A stretch of DNA of 64,000 nucleotides, taken from the NCBI GenBank assembly GCA_963847625.1, contig CAWKAR010000022.1:1-64000 (forward strand), given 5' to 3'. Each line of letters starts with the position of its first letter. Positions within the stretch are counted from its first letter, which is position 1. Shown piece after piece: positions 37,038-46,759 of this stretch. The stretch comes from a candidate division FCPU426 bacterium. Lineage in GTDB: Bacteria > Oederibacteriota > Muellerivitia > Muellerivitales > Muellerivitaceae. The position numbers and the translations under genes were made by a program. A model generated the notes under the pieces. The model was not told the DNA's origin. It worked only from the letters and a program-made list of their open reading frames with translations, and made no database searches.

Positions 37038-38473
37038 CAGTTGTTCCCCCCTCTGGCGTCCGGCGGCTGAAGCCCCTCGTTTTTTTTCTGGCCCGCTTTC
37101 ATTTCAGCCAGCTTTTTCACCACGGCCTTGAACTTCCGGCCCCGGTCCTCGTAATTTTCGAACATATCATAGCTGGCGCAACCGGGTGAAAAGAGTACTA
37201 CCCCCCCTTTCCCGCAGGACGCGAAGGCCCCTTGGACCGTCTCTTCCAAGCCGCCTGCCTCCACCACCGTCGCAGCGTTTGACAATTGCTGAACCACCTT
37301 GCGTTTGCACTCCCCGAAGGCCACTACTCGCGTGACTTTCTCCTGGACCAAGGGGGCTAGACGGGTGAAATCCCCCGCCTTATCCCGGCCGCCGAGGATC
37401 AGCACGATGGGCGCCTTGAAGCTCTGCAGGGCCTTCACCACCGAATCGACGTTGGTTCCCTTGGAGTCGTTGACGAACATAACCCCTTCGACTTCCCCCG
37501 CCGGTTCCAGGCGGTGCTCGACTCCGGGGAATTCCGCCAGGGTCGAAGCGATGGCACCGTCAGGCACACCGCAGAGGGAGGCGGTCAGCGCCGCGGCACA
37601 GGCGTTTTCCAAATTGTGGGGACCGGGGATCTTCAATTCGGAAGTATGGATAAGGTGTCGTCCTAGAAGTTCGATCCGGTCCCCAACAACGTAACATCCG
37701 GGTTTCCCGGTATTACAGGCATTCTCAATAAAGCCGAACAAGTAAAGCCGGCTCTTCACCAGGCTGCTGTAGATGGGTGTGTACTTGTCGGATAGGTTCA
37801 AGAGAGCTGCATCCTCGGGTTTTTGGTTCGCGAAAATCCGACCCTTGGTTTCCACGTAGGCCTGCATCCCGGGATGCCGGTCCAGGTGGTCCGGCGTCAC
37901 GTTGAGAATGGAGGCCACCTGGGGTCGGAATTCTCGCATGGTCTCCAGCTGGAAACTCGAGACTTCCAGGACCGCCCAATCGTTGGCGGAAAGTTCGAAA
38001 ACCGCCTCCGCGAAAGCCTTGCCGATGTTGCCGCAGGCCACCGCTCCCTTTCCGGCGTTCTTGATCATGGCGGCAGTCAGAGTCGTAGTCGTGGTCTTGC
38101 CGTTTGTGCCGGTAATGGCCGCCATGGGCGCTGGACAGTAACCGAATGCCAGCTCCATTTCCCCGATCACGGGAATTCCTTTTTCACGGGCTCTTTCTAG
38201 GGCCGGATGGCAGTAGGGCACCCCCGGGGAGGTCACCACCAGATCCGAGTTAGTCACCGAGACCGGGTCGATTCCTCCCAGCATGAGCTTGGCGTGGGTA
38301 AGACCCATGGCCTTGTCCATCCAGGCTGTGAGTTTCTCGGGAGTTTTGTCGTCCAGGATAACGACCCGGGCTCCGTGCACGGTTAAGAGCCGCGCCGCAG
38401 CGTAACCCGACCTTCCCAATCCGATGACCGTCACTTGTTTTCCATGAACGTAGTACAAGTTGTTCTGCTCCAA
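37037..38473 (-). CDS. murD: UDP-MurNAc-L-Ala-D-Glu ligase
   Basis: Motifs GLGRSG, ITGTNGKTTT, NDSKGTN and FSPGCASYD are present. Confidence 0.98.
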   Translation of the reverse strand: MEQNNLYYVHGKQVTVIGLGRSGYAAARLLTVHGARVVILDDKTPEKLTAWMDKAMGLTHAKLMLGGIDPVSVTNSDLVVTSPGVPYCHPALERAREKGIPVIGEMELAFGYCPAPMAAITGTNGKTTTTTLTAAMIKNAGKGAVACGNIGKAFAEAVFELSANDWAVLEVSSFQLETMREFRPQVASILNVTPDHLDRHPGMQAYVETKGRIFANQKPEDAALLNLSDKYTPIYSSLVKSRLYLFGFIENACNTGKPGCYVVGDRIELLGRHLIHTSELKIPGPHNLENACAAALTASLCGVPDGAIASTLAEFPGVEHRLEPAGEVEGVMFVNDSKGTNVDSVVKALQSFKAPIVLILGGRDKAGDFTRLAPLVQEKVTRVVAFGECKRKVVQQLSNAATVVEAGGLEETVQGAFASCGKGGVVLFSPGCASYDMFENYEDRGRKFKAVVKKLAEMKAGQKKNEGLQPPDARGGNN

Positions 38474-38508
38474 TCCTTTTTTTATCGCGTCCTAGTGGAC
38501 GCTTTTAC

Positions 38509-39597
38509 TTAACGCAGTTTCAGCGTGCTCAAGGTTAGTAAGGTCAGGATGATGGCGACGATCCAGAACCTGACGATCAGCTTGGACTCGGGTATGCCGG
38601 ACAACTCGAAATGATGGTGCAGCGGAGCCATCTTAAACACCCTTTTCCCGCTCACCTTGAAGGAGGTCACTTGGATGATGACCGACAGGGCCTCCGCCAC
38701 GAAAATACCTCCTACGATGATCAGGAGAATCTCCTGTTTCACCATGACCGCAATCGTTCCCAGCAGGCCTCCCAGAGCCAGGGAGCCAGTGTCCCCCATG
38801 AAAACCTGGGCCGGATGGGCGTTAAACCAGAGGAACCCGAGGCCTGCTCCCGCCAGTGCCGCGCAGACCACGGTAAGCTCGCCGGCGCCGGGCACCATGA
38901 TGATCTTGAGGTATTCGCTGAACTTAATGTTCCCGGAAACGTAGGTGATGACCACAAAGGCCATGGCCGCGAAAATCGTGCAACCTACGGCGAGACCGTC
39001 CAAACCGTCGGTCAGGTTTACCGCGTTGGAGGCGCTCACGATCACCAAAACCGCGAAAAAGGGATAAACAACGTCCAGGTTCAGGGGGTGTTTGAAAAAC
39101 GGCAGGGTGATGGATGTCTTCAGGTGGAAATCGTCCGGGAGGACTGAAAGGTAGAAAAATACGATGATCATGGCCCCACAGGCCTGGAATATCAGTTTCC
39201 ACAAGCCGGGAATGCCCCGGCTTTTCCCGATGCCCTTGAGTTTCAGGAGATCGTCAACGATTCCCAACATCCCGTACCAGATAAGGGAGAAGACACACAG
39301 CCAGAAAAGTTTGGAATCCCACCGCACCCATAAAAGGATGCTCAAGAGGAGGGTCAGGAGGATCAGAATTCCACCCATCGTGGGGGTGCCAGCCTTGGAG
39401 GAATGGGCTGCTGGGCCATCGGAGCGGATTTTCTCGCCCAATTGGGCAGCTCGGATCCTGGCGATAACTGCGCTTCCGAAGAGAAGGCACAGTCCGAAAG
39501 ACGTTACCGCCGCGTACACGCTCCGGAAAGTGACGTAACGGAAAACATTGAATCCGATGAATTTTCCAGCCAACGGATAGAGTAGGTGGTATAACAC
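38509..39597 (-). CDS. mraY: Phospho-MurNAc-pentapeptide transferase
   Basis: Motifs KAGTPTMGG, NLTDGLDGL, FMGDTGS and MAPLHHH are present. Confidence 0.98.
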   Translation of the reverse strand: MLYHLLYPLAGKFIGFNVFRYVTFRSVYAAVTSFGLCLLFGSAVIARIRAAQLGEKIRSDGPAAHSSKAGTPTMGGILILLTLLLSILLWVRWDSKLFWLCVFSLIWYGMLGIVDDLLKLKGIGKSRGIPGLWKLIFQACGAMIIVFFYLSVLPDDFHLKTSITLPFFKHPLNLDVVYPFFAVLVIVSASNAVNLTDGLDGLAVGCTIFAAMAFVVITYVSGNIKFSEYLKIIMVPGAGELTVVCAALAGAGLGFLWFNAHPAQVFMGDTGSLALGGLLGTIAVMVKQEILLIIVGGIFVAEALSVIIQVTSFKVSGKRVFKMAPLHHHFELSGIPESKLIVRFWIVAIILTLLTLSTLKLR

Positions 39598-39623
39598 TTT
39601 TTCTCCTTAATTCCGGCCTTCGA

Positions 39624-40970
39624 TCAGAATGCCTTCAATACTTTTTCCAATCTCATGGCCCGCGATCCCTTCAATAAAACCGCGTCGCCTTTTTCGGCGA
39701 TTTCCGCTAAAAATTTCCCGGCTCGATCCGCTTGATCGAAGCAATGAATGACTCCCCCGGAGACCCCTGGCAAACCCCGTATAGCTTCCTGGAAGGCTTT
39801 TCCAACCAAAAGAAGGCAGTTTGGCTGCAAATCCAGGGCCCTTTGGAGGACCTGTTCATGAGCTTTCTTGGTAAATTCCCCCATTTCCAGCATGTCCCCT
39901 AATACTGCGATTTTGCGCCTGACGCCCTGAAGACTCCGGAAAGTATCCAATGCCGCCTCCATGGAGGTAGGCGAGGCGTTGTAGGCATCGTTGACGAAAA
40001 GAATGCCCTGCCGGTTTAGGATTTCCATGCGCATGGGAGCGCGGGGAATAAAGCTTCCCAACCTTTGCGCGAGGGCTTTTAGGGGCAAACCCAGGGCCAA
40101 TCCGGCCGCGACCGCAGCCAGGGCGTTTTTCACGTTATGCTCCCCCGGCATGGAAAGACGGACGGGAATTTCCGCGCCTTGCGCCTCCAGCAGGAAGCGG
40201 GTCTTCCACCCATCCACCTGGAGGTCCTTGGCTCTCACTTGTCCCACCTTGATCCCGAATGTGAACACATCGTCTCCTTTGCGGCCCAACAACGGGTCCT
40301 CTGCGTTTAAAACCACTTTTCTACCGGCCCGGAAGGCCGTTCCGATTTTTAATTTTTCCAATGCCAGATGCCTTTTGTCCCGGAAAAATCCCAAGTGGGC
40401 TTCCCCGATCGCCGTTACTACCGCCACGTCGGGCCTGGCTGTTTCGGACAACCGCTCCATTTCGCCCGGGTGGTTGATGCCCAGTTCCACCACTGCCGCC
40501 TCATGCCCCGGTTCCAAGCTCAACAAGGTCAAGGGAAGACCCCATTGGTTGTTCAAATTTCCCTCGGTCTTCAAGACTCTGAACTTCCCGGCCAACAAAT
40601 GGGCCGTCATGTCCTTGACCGTCGTTTTACCCACGCTCCCCGTGACCGCTACCACCGGCCCGTCCCACTGCAGCCGTTGGGCCCTTCCAAGTGCTCCCAG
40701 AGCTTGGGTGGTGTCCTTCACCCGGATGACGGGTACTCCAATCCCAGATACAGACTTGGAAACCACCGCCGCCCTCGCGCCCTTCACCGCCGCCGCCCTC
40801 AGGTAACGGTGACCATCCAGCTGATTTCCGATGATGGCGATGAACAAATCCCCTTTCCGGATTTTCCTGCTGTCGTGGCAAACACCCGTCACTTGGATTT
40901 TTCCATTTCCCGCCGTCAACCGCCCGTTCACGAGCGCTGTCGCTTCCCGCAGGGTCCATGGCAGCATCAA
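39624..40970 (-). CDS. murF: UDP-MurNAc-tripeptide-D-Ala-D-Ala ligase
   Basis: Motifs TGSVGKTT, GNLNN, NDAYNASP and LLKGSR are present. Confidence 0.97.
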   Translation of the reverse strand: MMLPWTLREATALVNGRLTAGNGKIQVTGVCHDSRKIRKGDLFIAIIGNQLDGHRYLRAAAVKGARAAVVSKSVSGIGVPVIRVKDTTQALGALGRAQRLQWDGPVVAVTGSVGKTTVKDMTAHLLAGKFRVLKTEGNLNNQWGLPLTLLSLEPGHEAAVVELGINHPGEMERLSETARPDVAVVTAIGEAHLGFFRDKRHLALEKLKIGTAFRAGRKVVLNAEDPLLGRKGDDVFTFGIKVGQVRAKDLQVDGWKTRFLLEAQGAEIPVRLSMPGEHNVKNALAAVAAGLALGLPLKALAQRLGSFIPRAPMRMEILNRQGILFVNDAYNASPTSMEAALDTFRSLQGVRRKIAVLGDMLEMGEFTKKAHEQVLQRALDLQPNCLLLVGKAFQEAIRGLPGVSGGVIHCFDQADRAGKFLAEIAEKGDAVLLKGSRAMRLEKVLKAF

Positions 40971-41044
40971 TTGCTCGGACAGCCGACAGATGACAGTCGG
41001 CAGCTACCGCCTCCCTCCCCGATCTGTATAGTTGCAGGGTTCAT
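40967..41044 (-). CDS. 25-aa bridging ORF between murE and murF (MNPATIQIGEGGGSCRLSSVGCPSN)
   Basis: SD GGAGGG and ATGA overlap with the murE stop. TGATG overlap with the murF ATG at 40967. Confidence 0.5.
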   Translation of the reverse strand: MNPATIQIGEGGGSCRLSSVGCPSN

Positions 41045-42515
41045 TGCTTAAGTCCCTCCAGCGCCAGTAGGACTTCCTTCCGATCGTCGAAAGGGCGTTT
41101 TTCATCGCCTATGATCTGGTATGTCTCATGCCCTTTGCCCGCGATCAAGACCAAGTCTCCTTTTTTAGCAATGGAAAGCGCTAGGCGGATGGCCGTCCCT
41201 CTTTCCTCTTCCACCCAAACCCGGCGGTGCCCGTTCTTGGAGAGCGGGGAGGGGATACCCTTGAGAATCTCGTTCAGGATGGCCTGGGCATTCTCCGTCC
41301 TGGGGTTGTCGGAAGTTAATACGGTCAAATCGGCTATCTGGGCCGAGATTCTTCCCATGATCGGCCGCTTGGTCCTGTCCCGGTCGCCTCCGCAGCCGAA
41401 TACCGAGATGACGCGGTGCCCTTTTTTAGGGTTCAAAATCCCCCGGGCCGCTATCAAGGCTTGTTTCAAGGCGTCCGGGGTATGGGCGTAATCCACCAAG
41501 ACCGTGAAATCCTGCCCCGCCGAGATTTCCTCGAAGCGTCCCGGGACGACCGGAGCCCGCATCAGGCCTTCCTGGATGGCTTCCCAGGAAAAACCCAGTT
41601 CCTTCGTCACCGAAAGGGCCGCAAGGCAATTGTAGACGTTGAAAATTCCAGTCAGGGGAACCTCGAATTTTTTTCCCCCACCCGGAAGGAAACACGGCCC
41701 GGAAGGGTCTTTACTTTTTCAGCGCGGTAGGTGCATTTGGAGCGGATACCGTAGCCAGCTGCCTTAGACTTCAATTCCTTCAACAGCCTTCGGCCGTAGG
41801 AGTCGTCGGCGTTAGCAACGCGGGCCTTGAGGCTTTTAAACTCGGTGAAGAGACGGCGTTTGGCCTGAAAATAGTTGGAAAAATTCTTGTGAAAATCCAA
41901 ATGGTCCCGCCCCAGGTTGGTAAAGACGGCCCCCTGGAATTCGACGCCTAAAACGCGCTTCATTTCCAGGGCGTGGGAGGAAACTTCCATGACGGCCCAC
42001 CCGCACTTTTGAAGCCTCATTTCATTCAATAATTCCACCACCGCTAAAGCCGAGGGGGTGGTGTTGGGGGCGACGTAGGTCTTGTTTCCGACCTGGTAGC
42101 TGATGGTGCCAATCAATCCGGCATCCTGTCCCGCAGCTTTCAGGATTGCGCGTAGGAGATAAGTCGTCGTCGTCTTGCCTTTGGTTCCGGTGACGCCAAC
42201 CACCCTCACGCGTCGGGAGGGATTCCCGAAAAAAGCGTGCGCCAGGCGGGCCAGGGCTTCCCGGCTATCCGGTACTGTCGCCTGTGGGACAGGAATGTTT
42301 TCCAAGGGTTTCCCTTCCGTCACTAGCGCACAAGCCCCAGCCTGGACGGCCTCACTTGCGAATTTCCGTCCATCCAACTTGGCACCCGGCACACAGACGA
42401 ATAGGTCGCCCGGATTGGTTTTTTTGGAATTCTCGGAAAGGCCCGTCACTTCGGGATTACCCTTTCCGATGGTTTTCACATGTTCCAATTTCCTCAGGAG
42501 GCTTTGGAATTTCAT
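41041..42515 (-). CDS. murE: UDP-MurNAc-dipeptide-mDAP ligase, split by a 1-nt frameshift at 41668-41679
   Basis: The N part has VTGTKGKTTT and MEVSSH. The C part has DYAHTPD, DNPR (mDAP-type) and AGKGHE. Adding one base in the G5/A7 run restores ..KKFEVPLTGIFNVYN. Confidence 0.93.
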
Positions 42516-44653
42516 GAGTTACCTCCCGCCGGGTTGCCCGACGACCGGGTAATCGGAAGGTTACAGTTGAGTTCGATGGCTGAGTCGACCTGGATTTTCC
42601 GTCCGGCCAATGGAAATTGGGCCCGCACCACTCCAGCCCCCTTGAAATTTACGCGGACCCCGATGGGCGCCAATAGAGCGAGGGCCTGACGCTTGGTCTT
42701 TCCCCTCAGGTCCGGCATCAGACCCTGACCCTCACCCAGGGGTGTTTCCACACCGAGGGTCAACAGGATCTTGCGGGTGTCCGGATCCATCGGCGAAGGC
42801 GATCCAGGGGAAGGATTTTGTTGGAACACTTTTTCGCCTTTCCCAGTAAATCCCAATTTCAAGTTATCGCGATCCGCCAGCCAGCGGCATTGGACTTTCG
42901 TCAAACCCAGGAATGATGGAATGGTTTTTCCGGGAATGGAAGGCACGGCGGATACTTGGGTTATCACCGGTGGCACGAGGTCATAAGCTAGAACCCGCTT
43001 GGTGACTTCCTTAAAGACGGGACCTGCGGTGTAACCACCCCAGTAAAGGCCCCGGGGATCATCCAAAGAGATATAAATGACCAGTCTTGGGTTATCCGCC
43101 GGGACGAACCCAACGAAGGAGGAAACATAGTTGTATTTGGAGTAACGCCCATTCATGAACTTGTAGGCTGTTCCGGTCTTCCCGGCGATGGAATAACTGG
43201 GAATAGAAACTGCGGTCCCAGTTCCCTTTTCCACGACCCATTTCAACATTTCAGTCAGGCGCCGGGCGGTTTTGGCCGAGCAAACCCGCCGAATCCTCTG
43301 AGGCGAGAAAACCTTGAGGGTCTTTCCATCGCGGGTTCGGAGTTCCTTGGCTAGGAATGGCTTCATCAGTACCCCGCCGTTAGCGATAGAAGCGTAGGCC
43401 GAAAGGATCTGGATGGGCGTGGCGGACACTTCGTATCCATAGGGAATGGTCGTCAAGGAGAGACCGCTCCACTTTGCCGGTTCCCGTAATAAGCCGAGCG
43501 CTTCTCCCGGCAGGTCGATGTGGGTGGCCTCGCCAAATCCGAGTCGCTTGGCATAGCGGTAGAGGTTTTCTTTCCCCAGCTTCGCCCCCACCTTCACCAT
43601 GCCGATATTGCTTGAATAGCCAAATACTTCCCTGAAAGTAAGCCAACCGTGTTTTTCATGGTCCGTCACGACTCGGCCGTATTGGGTTTTATAAGCACCG
43701 TTTTCGCAAAAAAACCTGTCTTCCTCGTTGACTACACCCTCTTCCAATGCCCCCAGGGCTGTCACCAGCTTGAAAGTGCTGCCGGGCTCGAACTCATCGT
43801 TCACTACGCGGTTTTTCCAAAATTCCGGGGGGTAATTGCCGAAATGGTTCGGGTCGAAGGTAGGGTAATTGGACATGGCCAATATCTCACCCGTCCTCGG
43901 GTCCATGACGACAGCCGAGGCAGCTTTGCAACGGTATTTTTCGAAGGCTTTCTGCAGTTCCACCTGGGTGATGTGCTGGATGGTCCTGTCCAGCGTGGTG
44001 ACCAGGTCCAAGCCGTCCTTGCTGGCCTTGACCAGCTGGCTGTCAGCCGCCACTACGCGGCCGCGCGCGTCCCTTTCCGTGATCAGCAGGCCCTTTTGGC
44101 CGGAGAGGAAGCGGTCGAAGTATTTCTCTAGTCCGTTCAAGCCCTGGTTATCGAGCCCGGCGAAACCCAGTGCGTGGGACGCCATGTCATGGTCGGGATA
44201 AAACCGCCTTTGCTCGCGGGAAGCCTCGATGCCGTCCAATTTCAGGTTTTCCACAGCCTGGGATCTTTCGTAAGGCACCTGCCGCGCTAGCCAGACGAAG
44301 GACTTGTTCTCGGACAACTTGGAAAGAAGTTCCCCGTAGGACATTCCCAAAGCCCGGGCCAGAACCGACGCCGTGTAGGACTTGTCGTGGATTTGGTCGG
44401 GATGTCCTGCCACGTTGTAGAGGTCGATATTCATCGCCAGTAGATCGTAATTGCGGTCCTCGATGAGACCGCGGGAAGGGCTGGTTTCCCTGGGTGAGAA
44501 CTGTTGACGGTAAGCCATCTGGCGGAAGTCGGAGTGTTTGAGGATCTGGAGGTAAACTAAGCGGACTTCCAACGTCAGGGCGGCCACGATAACGAAAGCC
44601 TCCAACAGGATGAGGCGGCTTTGGCTGAGGGCCGAGGGCCGTGAACCTTTCAT
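42512..44653 (-). CDS. ftsI: Class B PBP FtsI with C-terminal PASTA domains
   Basis: Motifs EPGSTFK, SSN and KTGTA, plus two PASTA-like repeats. ATGA overlap with ftsL. Confidence 0.95.
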   Translation of the reverse strand: MKGSRPSALSQSRLILLEAFVIVAALTLEVRLVYLQILKHSDFRQMAYRQQFSPRETSPSRGLIEDRNYDLLAMNIDLYNVAGHPDQIHDKSYTASVLARALGMSYGELLSKLSENKSFVWLARQVPYERSQAVENLKLDGIEASREQRRFYPDHDMASHALGFAGLDNQGLNGLEKYFDRFLSGQKGLLITERDARGRVVAADSQLVKASKDGLDLVTTLDRTIQHITQVELQKAFEKYRCKAASAVVMDPRTGEILAMSNYPTFDPNHFGNYPPEFWKNRVVNDEFEPGSTFKLVTALGALEEGVVNEEDRFFCENGAYKTQYGRVVTDHEKHGWLTFREVFGYSSNIGMVKVGAKLGKENLYRYAKRLGFGEATHIDLPGEALGLLREPAKWSGLSLTTIPYGYEVSATPIQILSAYASIANGGVLMKPFLAKELRTRDGKTLKVFSPQRIRRVCSAKTARRLTEMLKWVVEKGTGTAVSIPSYSIAGKTGTAYKFMNGRYSKYNYVSSFVGFVPADNPRLVIYISLDDPRGLYWGGYTAGPVFKEVTKRVLAYDLVPPVITQVSAVPSIPGKTIPSFLGLTKVQCRWLADRDNLKLGFTGKGEKVFQQNPSPGSPSPMDPDTRKILLTLGVETPLGEGQGLMPDLRGKTKRQALALLAPIGVRVNFKGAGVVRAQFPLAGRKIQVDSAIELNCNLPITRSSGNPAGGNS

Positions 44654-45090
44654 GGTTTCTCCGTATTCTTCATCTTGGTGGTCCATAAGGAAAGCCATCG
44701 GGGTATCAAAGGCGATCCCTCTTTCAGGATCACAATCTGGTCATTGGATGGGGTGACCATGCCCAGCTGTTCCCGCGCGATTTTTTCCACCCGAGGAAGG
44801 CTGTTCACGTCGTACATCTGGTACTTGAGGTAATAGTATTGGTTGACGAGTTGCTGTTTCTGGACCCTGAGCGCCTGCACCTCGTAGCCAAGCTTGACTA
44901 CCTGCATGTGCAGCCAAACGTATAGAAAGAGGAAAAGGCTCAGAAAAAGCACACCCCAGAGGGTTCCCCTGAAGTCGCGCCGGTGCACGGCCTTGGCTAG
45001 GTTTCCTCGCCAGAAAAAGCCGGCGTCCAAAGCGCGGTTGGCGGTGTCGAAAAACTGGTCCTTAATGGAATCGACTTGGTATCCGTTCAC
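44650..45090 (-). CDS. ftsL: Cell division protein FtsL
   Basis: TM + coiled coil + RVEKIAREQLGMVTP. Lies between rsmH and ftsI. Confidence 0.88.
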   Translation of the reverse strand: MNGYQVDSIKDQFFDTANRALDAGFFWRGNLAKAVHRRDFRGTLWGVLFLSLFLFLYVWLHMQVVKLGYEVQALRVQKQQLVNQYYYLKYQMYDVNSLPRVEKIAREQLGMVTPSNDQIVILKEGSPLIPRWLSLWTTKMKNTEKP

Positions 45091-46085
45091 GAGGCCGTCT
45101 CCACTCGCAATTTTTCCGCAACCCTCAGTTTGGCGCTACGAGCCCTCGGGTTTTGCGCTAGTTCCGCTTCCGAGGCCATGACTGGTTTTTTAGTCAGGAT
45201 CCGCAGGTTCGCCTTGTGCCCACAGACGCATTGGGGCAGATCGGGCGGGCAAAGGCAGTCGGTGCTTTCGGTCTTGAAGAATTCCTTGACAATCCGGTCT
45301 TCAAGGGAATGGAAGGTAATGACGGCGATCCGCCCGCTTTGAGCGAGAACCTTCAGGGCGGCCTGGAGCCCCTGGGAAAGAGCTTCCAGTTCCTTGTTCA
45401 CTTCGATTCGGAGGGCTTGGAAAAGACGCGTAGCGGGATGGTGTCGAAGTTTCCTCCCTTTTTTAAAGGTTTTCCCGCAAACACGTTTGGCCAATTGGGC
45501 GAGTTCAAGAGTCGTTTCGAAACCCTTTTGGTTACGGGCCTGTACGATGGCGCGGGCCAGGGCGCGGGCCTTGGGTTCCTCTCCGTATTCATAGATGATT
45601 TTGGAAAGCTTTCCTTCGGGATAGTTGTTGACGATCCAGGCGGCTGTGCGGCCGGCGGCCTGGTCCATACGCATGTCCAGCGGGCCGTCCTGAAGGAAGG
45701 AAAAACCGCGTTCGGCGGCGTCAAGTTGTAAGGAGGAAACCCCTATATCCATCAACACGCTGTTAACCTCGCTGATTGAAAGGTCTTTCAGCACCCACAG
45801 GAGGTCGGCGAAGTTAGCCTTGAAAAGAGAGACCCTTGGGTCTTTCTTGAGTGCTAGGCCAGCGTGTTGTAGGGCATCGACATCCTGGTCAATCCCAACC
45901 AAGCGGCCCTTTGGCAGGTGTTTCAAAAGCTCCTGCGAATGACCGCCCATCCCGACCGTCAAATCCAAGACCACCCCGTCGGGAGGGGGCGACAGCCATT
46001 CCACCGCCTCTTTTATAAGAACTGGTTGGTGGACGTTTTCAGGGTTCAAAGCGGGCGAGGGCTTCTTCCTCGCTCGATACCACAT
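45087..46085 (-). CDS. rsmH: 16S rRNA C1402 methyltransferase
   Basis: Motifs HQPVL, GVSSLQLD...RGFSF, FQALRIEVN and NPRARSAKLR are present. Confidence 0.98.
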   Translation of the reverse strand: MWYRARKKPSPALNPENVHQPVLIKEAVEWLSPPPDGVVLDLTVGMGGHSQELLKHLPKGRLVGIDQDVDALQHAGLALKKDPRVSLFKANFADLLWVLKDLSISEVNSVLMDIGVSSLQLDAAERGFSFLQDGPLDMRMDQAAGRTAAWIVNNYPEGKLSKIIYEYGEEPKARALARAIVQARNQKGFETTLELAQLAKRVCGKTFKKGRKLRHHPATRLFQALRIEVNKELEALSQGLQAALKVLAQSGRIAVITFHSLEDRIVKEFFKTESTDCLCPPDLPQCVCGHKANLRILTKKPVMASEAELAQNPRARSAKLRVAEKLRVETAS

Positions 46086-46377
46086 CGAAGTAGGAAAAAG
46101 CTCCCACGAGCTTGAATAGGTTCACCACGTAAGGGATCAAGCCGGCCAGCTTGATCTCCCCTCCTATGGATCTGAACCTCATATTTTTTTCGGACAAAAG
46201 AGATATCCCGTCCAGGGAGACGTGGGAGACATTCTTGAAATTCAAAACAACCTTGTTCTGGTTTTTCAACACCATGTCGGTAAGCAAGTTCAAGACCGAT
46301 TCCATGTCCCTTTTTCTGATATAGCCGGATAAGCGGATGACGGAGGCGGTTTCGGTCGGAGTCAGTGTGGCGTTCAT
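46039..46377 (-). CDS. STAS domain protein
   Basis: STAS pattern VVLNFKNVSHVS..GI..L and GGEIKLAGL. Confidence 0.82.
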   Translation of the reverse strand: MNATLTPTETASVIRLSGYIRKRDMESVLNLLTDMVLKNQNKVVLNFKNVSHVSLDGISLLSEKNMRFRSIGGEIKLAGLIPYVVNLFKLVGAFSYFDVVSSEEEALARFEP

Positions 46378-46742
46378 CAGTCCTCCTGTGCCGGCGCGTA
46401 AACCGGCATACGTCCAGTTTTCACCATCATTTCTTTGACGTCTAAATAAATTTCAAACGCCTTTTCGACTCCCATGGACCGGAATAAGTGCATGAGGCGA
46501 CTGGAAAGGCCTACGATTTTCAGGTCTCCTTTCCGGAATCGTATCTGGCCCCAATGGTTCAACAAGGCCCCCAAAACATTGGCGTTCATGAAAGAAACCC
46601 GGCTCAAGTCCAAAACCATGTGCCGGTAGCCTTTTTTGATCATGTTATCCATGGCTTCCCCGAGTTCCTGGATATCTAATTCACTTAGGTCCCCTTCAAG
46701 GGTAATCAGCGAAAATTTTTCTTTTATTTCAATGCCCACCAT
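46377..46742 (-). CDS. STAS domain protein
   Basis: STAS pattern LEGDL, VLDLSRVSFMN...LGAL and GDLKIVGL. Confidence 0.85.
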   Translation of the reverse strand: MVGIEIKEKFSLITLEGDLSELDIQELGEAMDNMIKKGYRHMVLDLSRVSFMNANVLGALLNHWGQIRFRKGDLKIVGLSSRLMHLFRSMGVEKAFEIYLDVKEMMVKTGRMPVYAPAQED

Positions 46743-46759
46743 CGGGTTACTCCTTTTCT

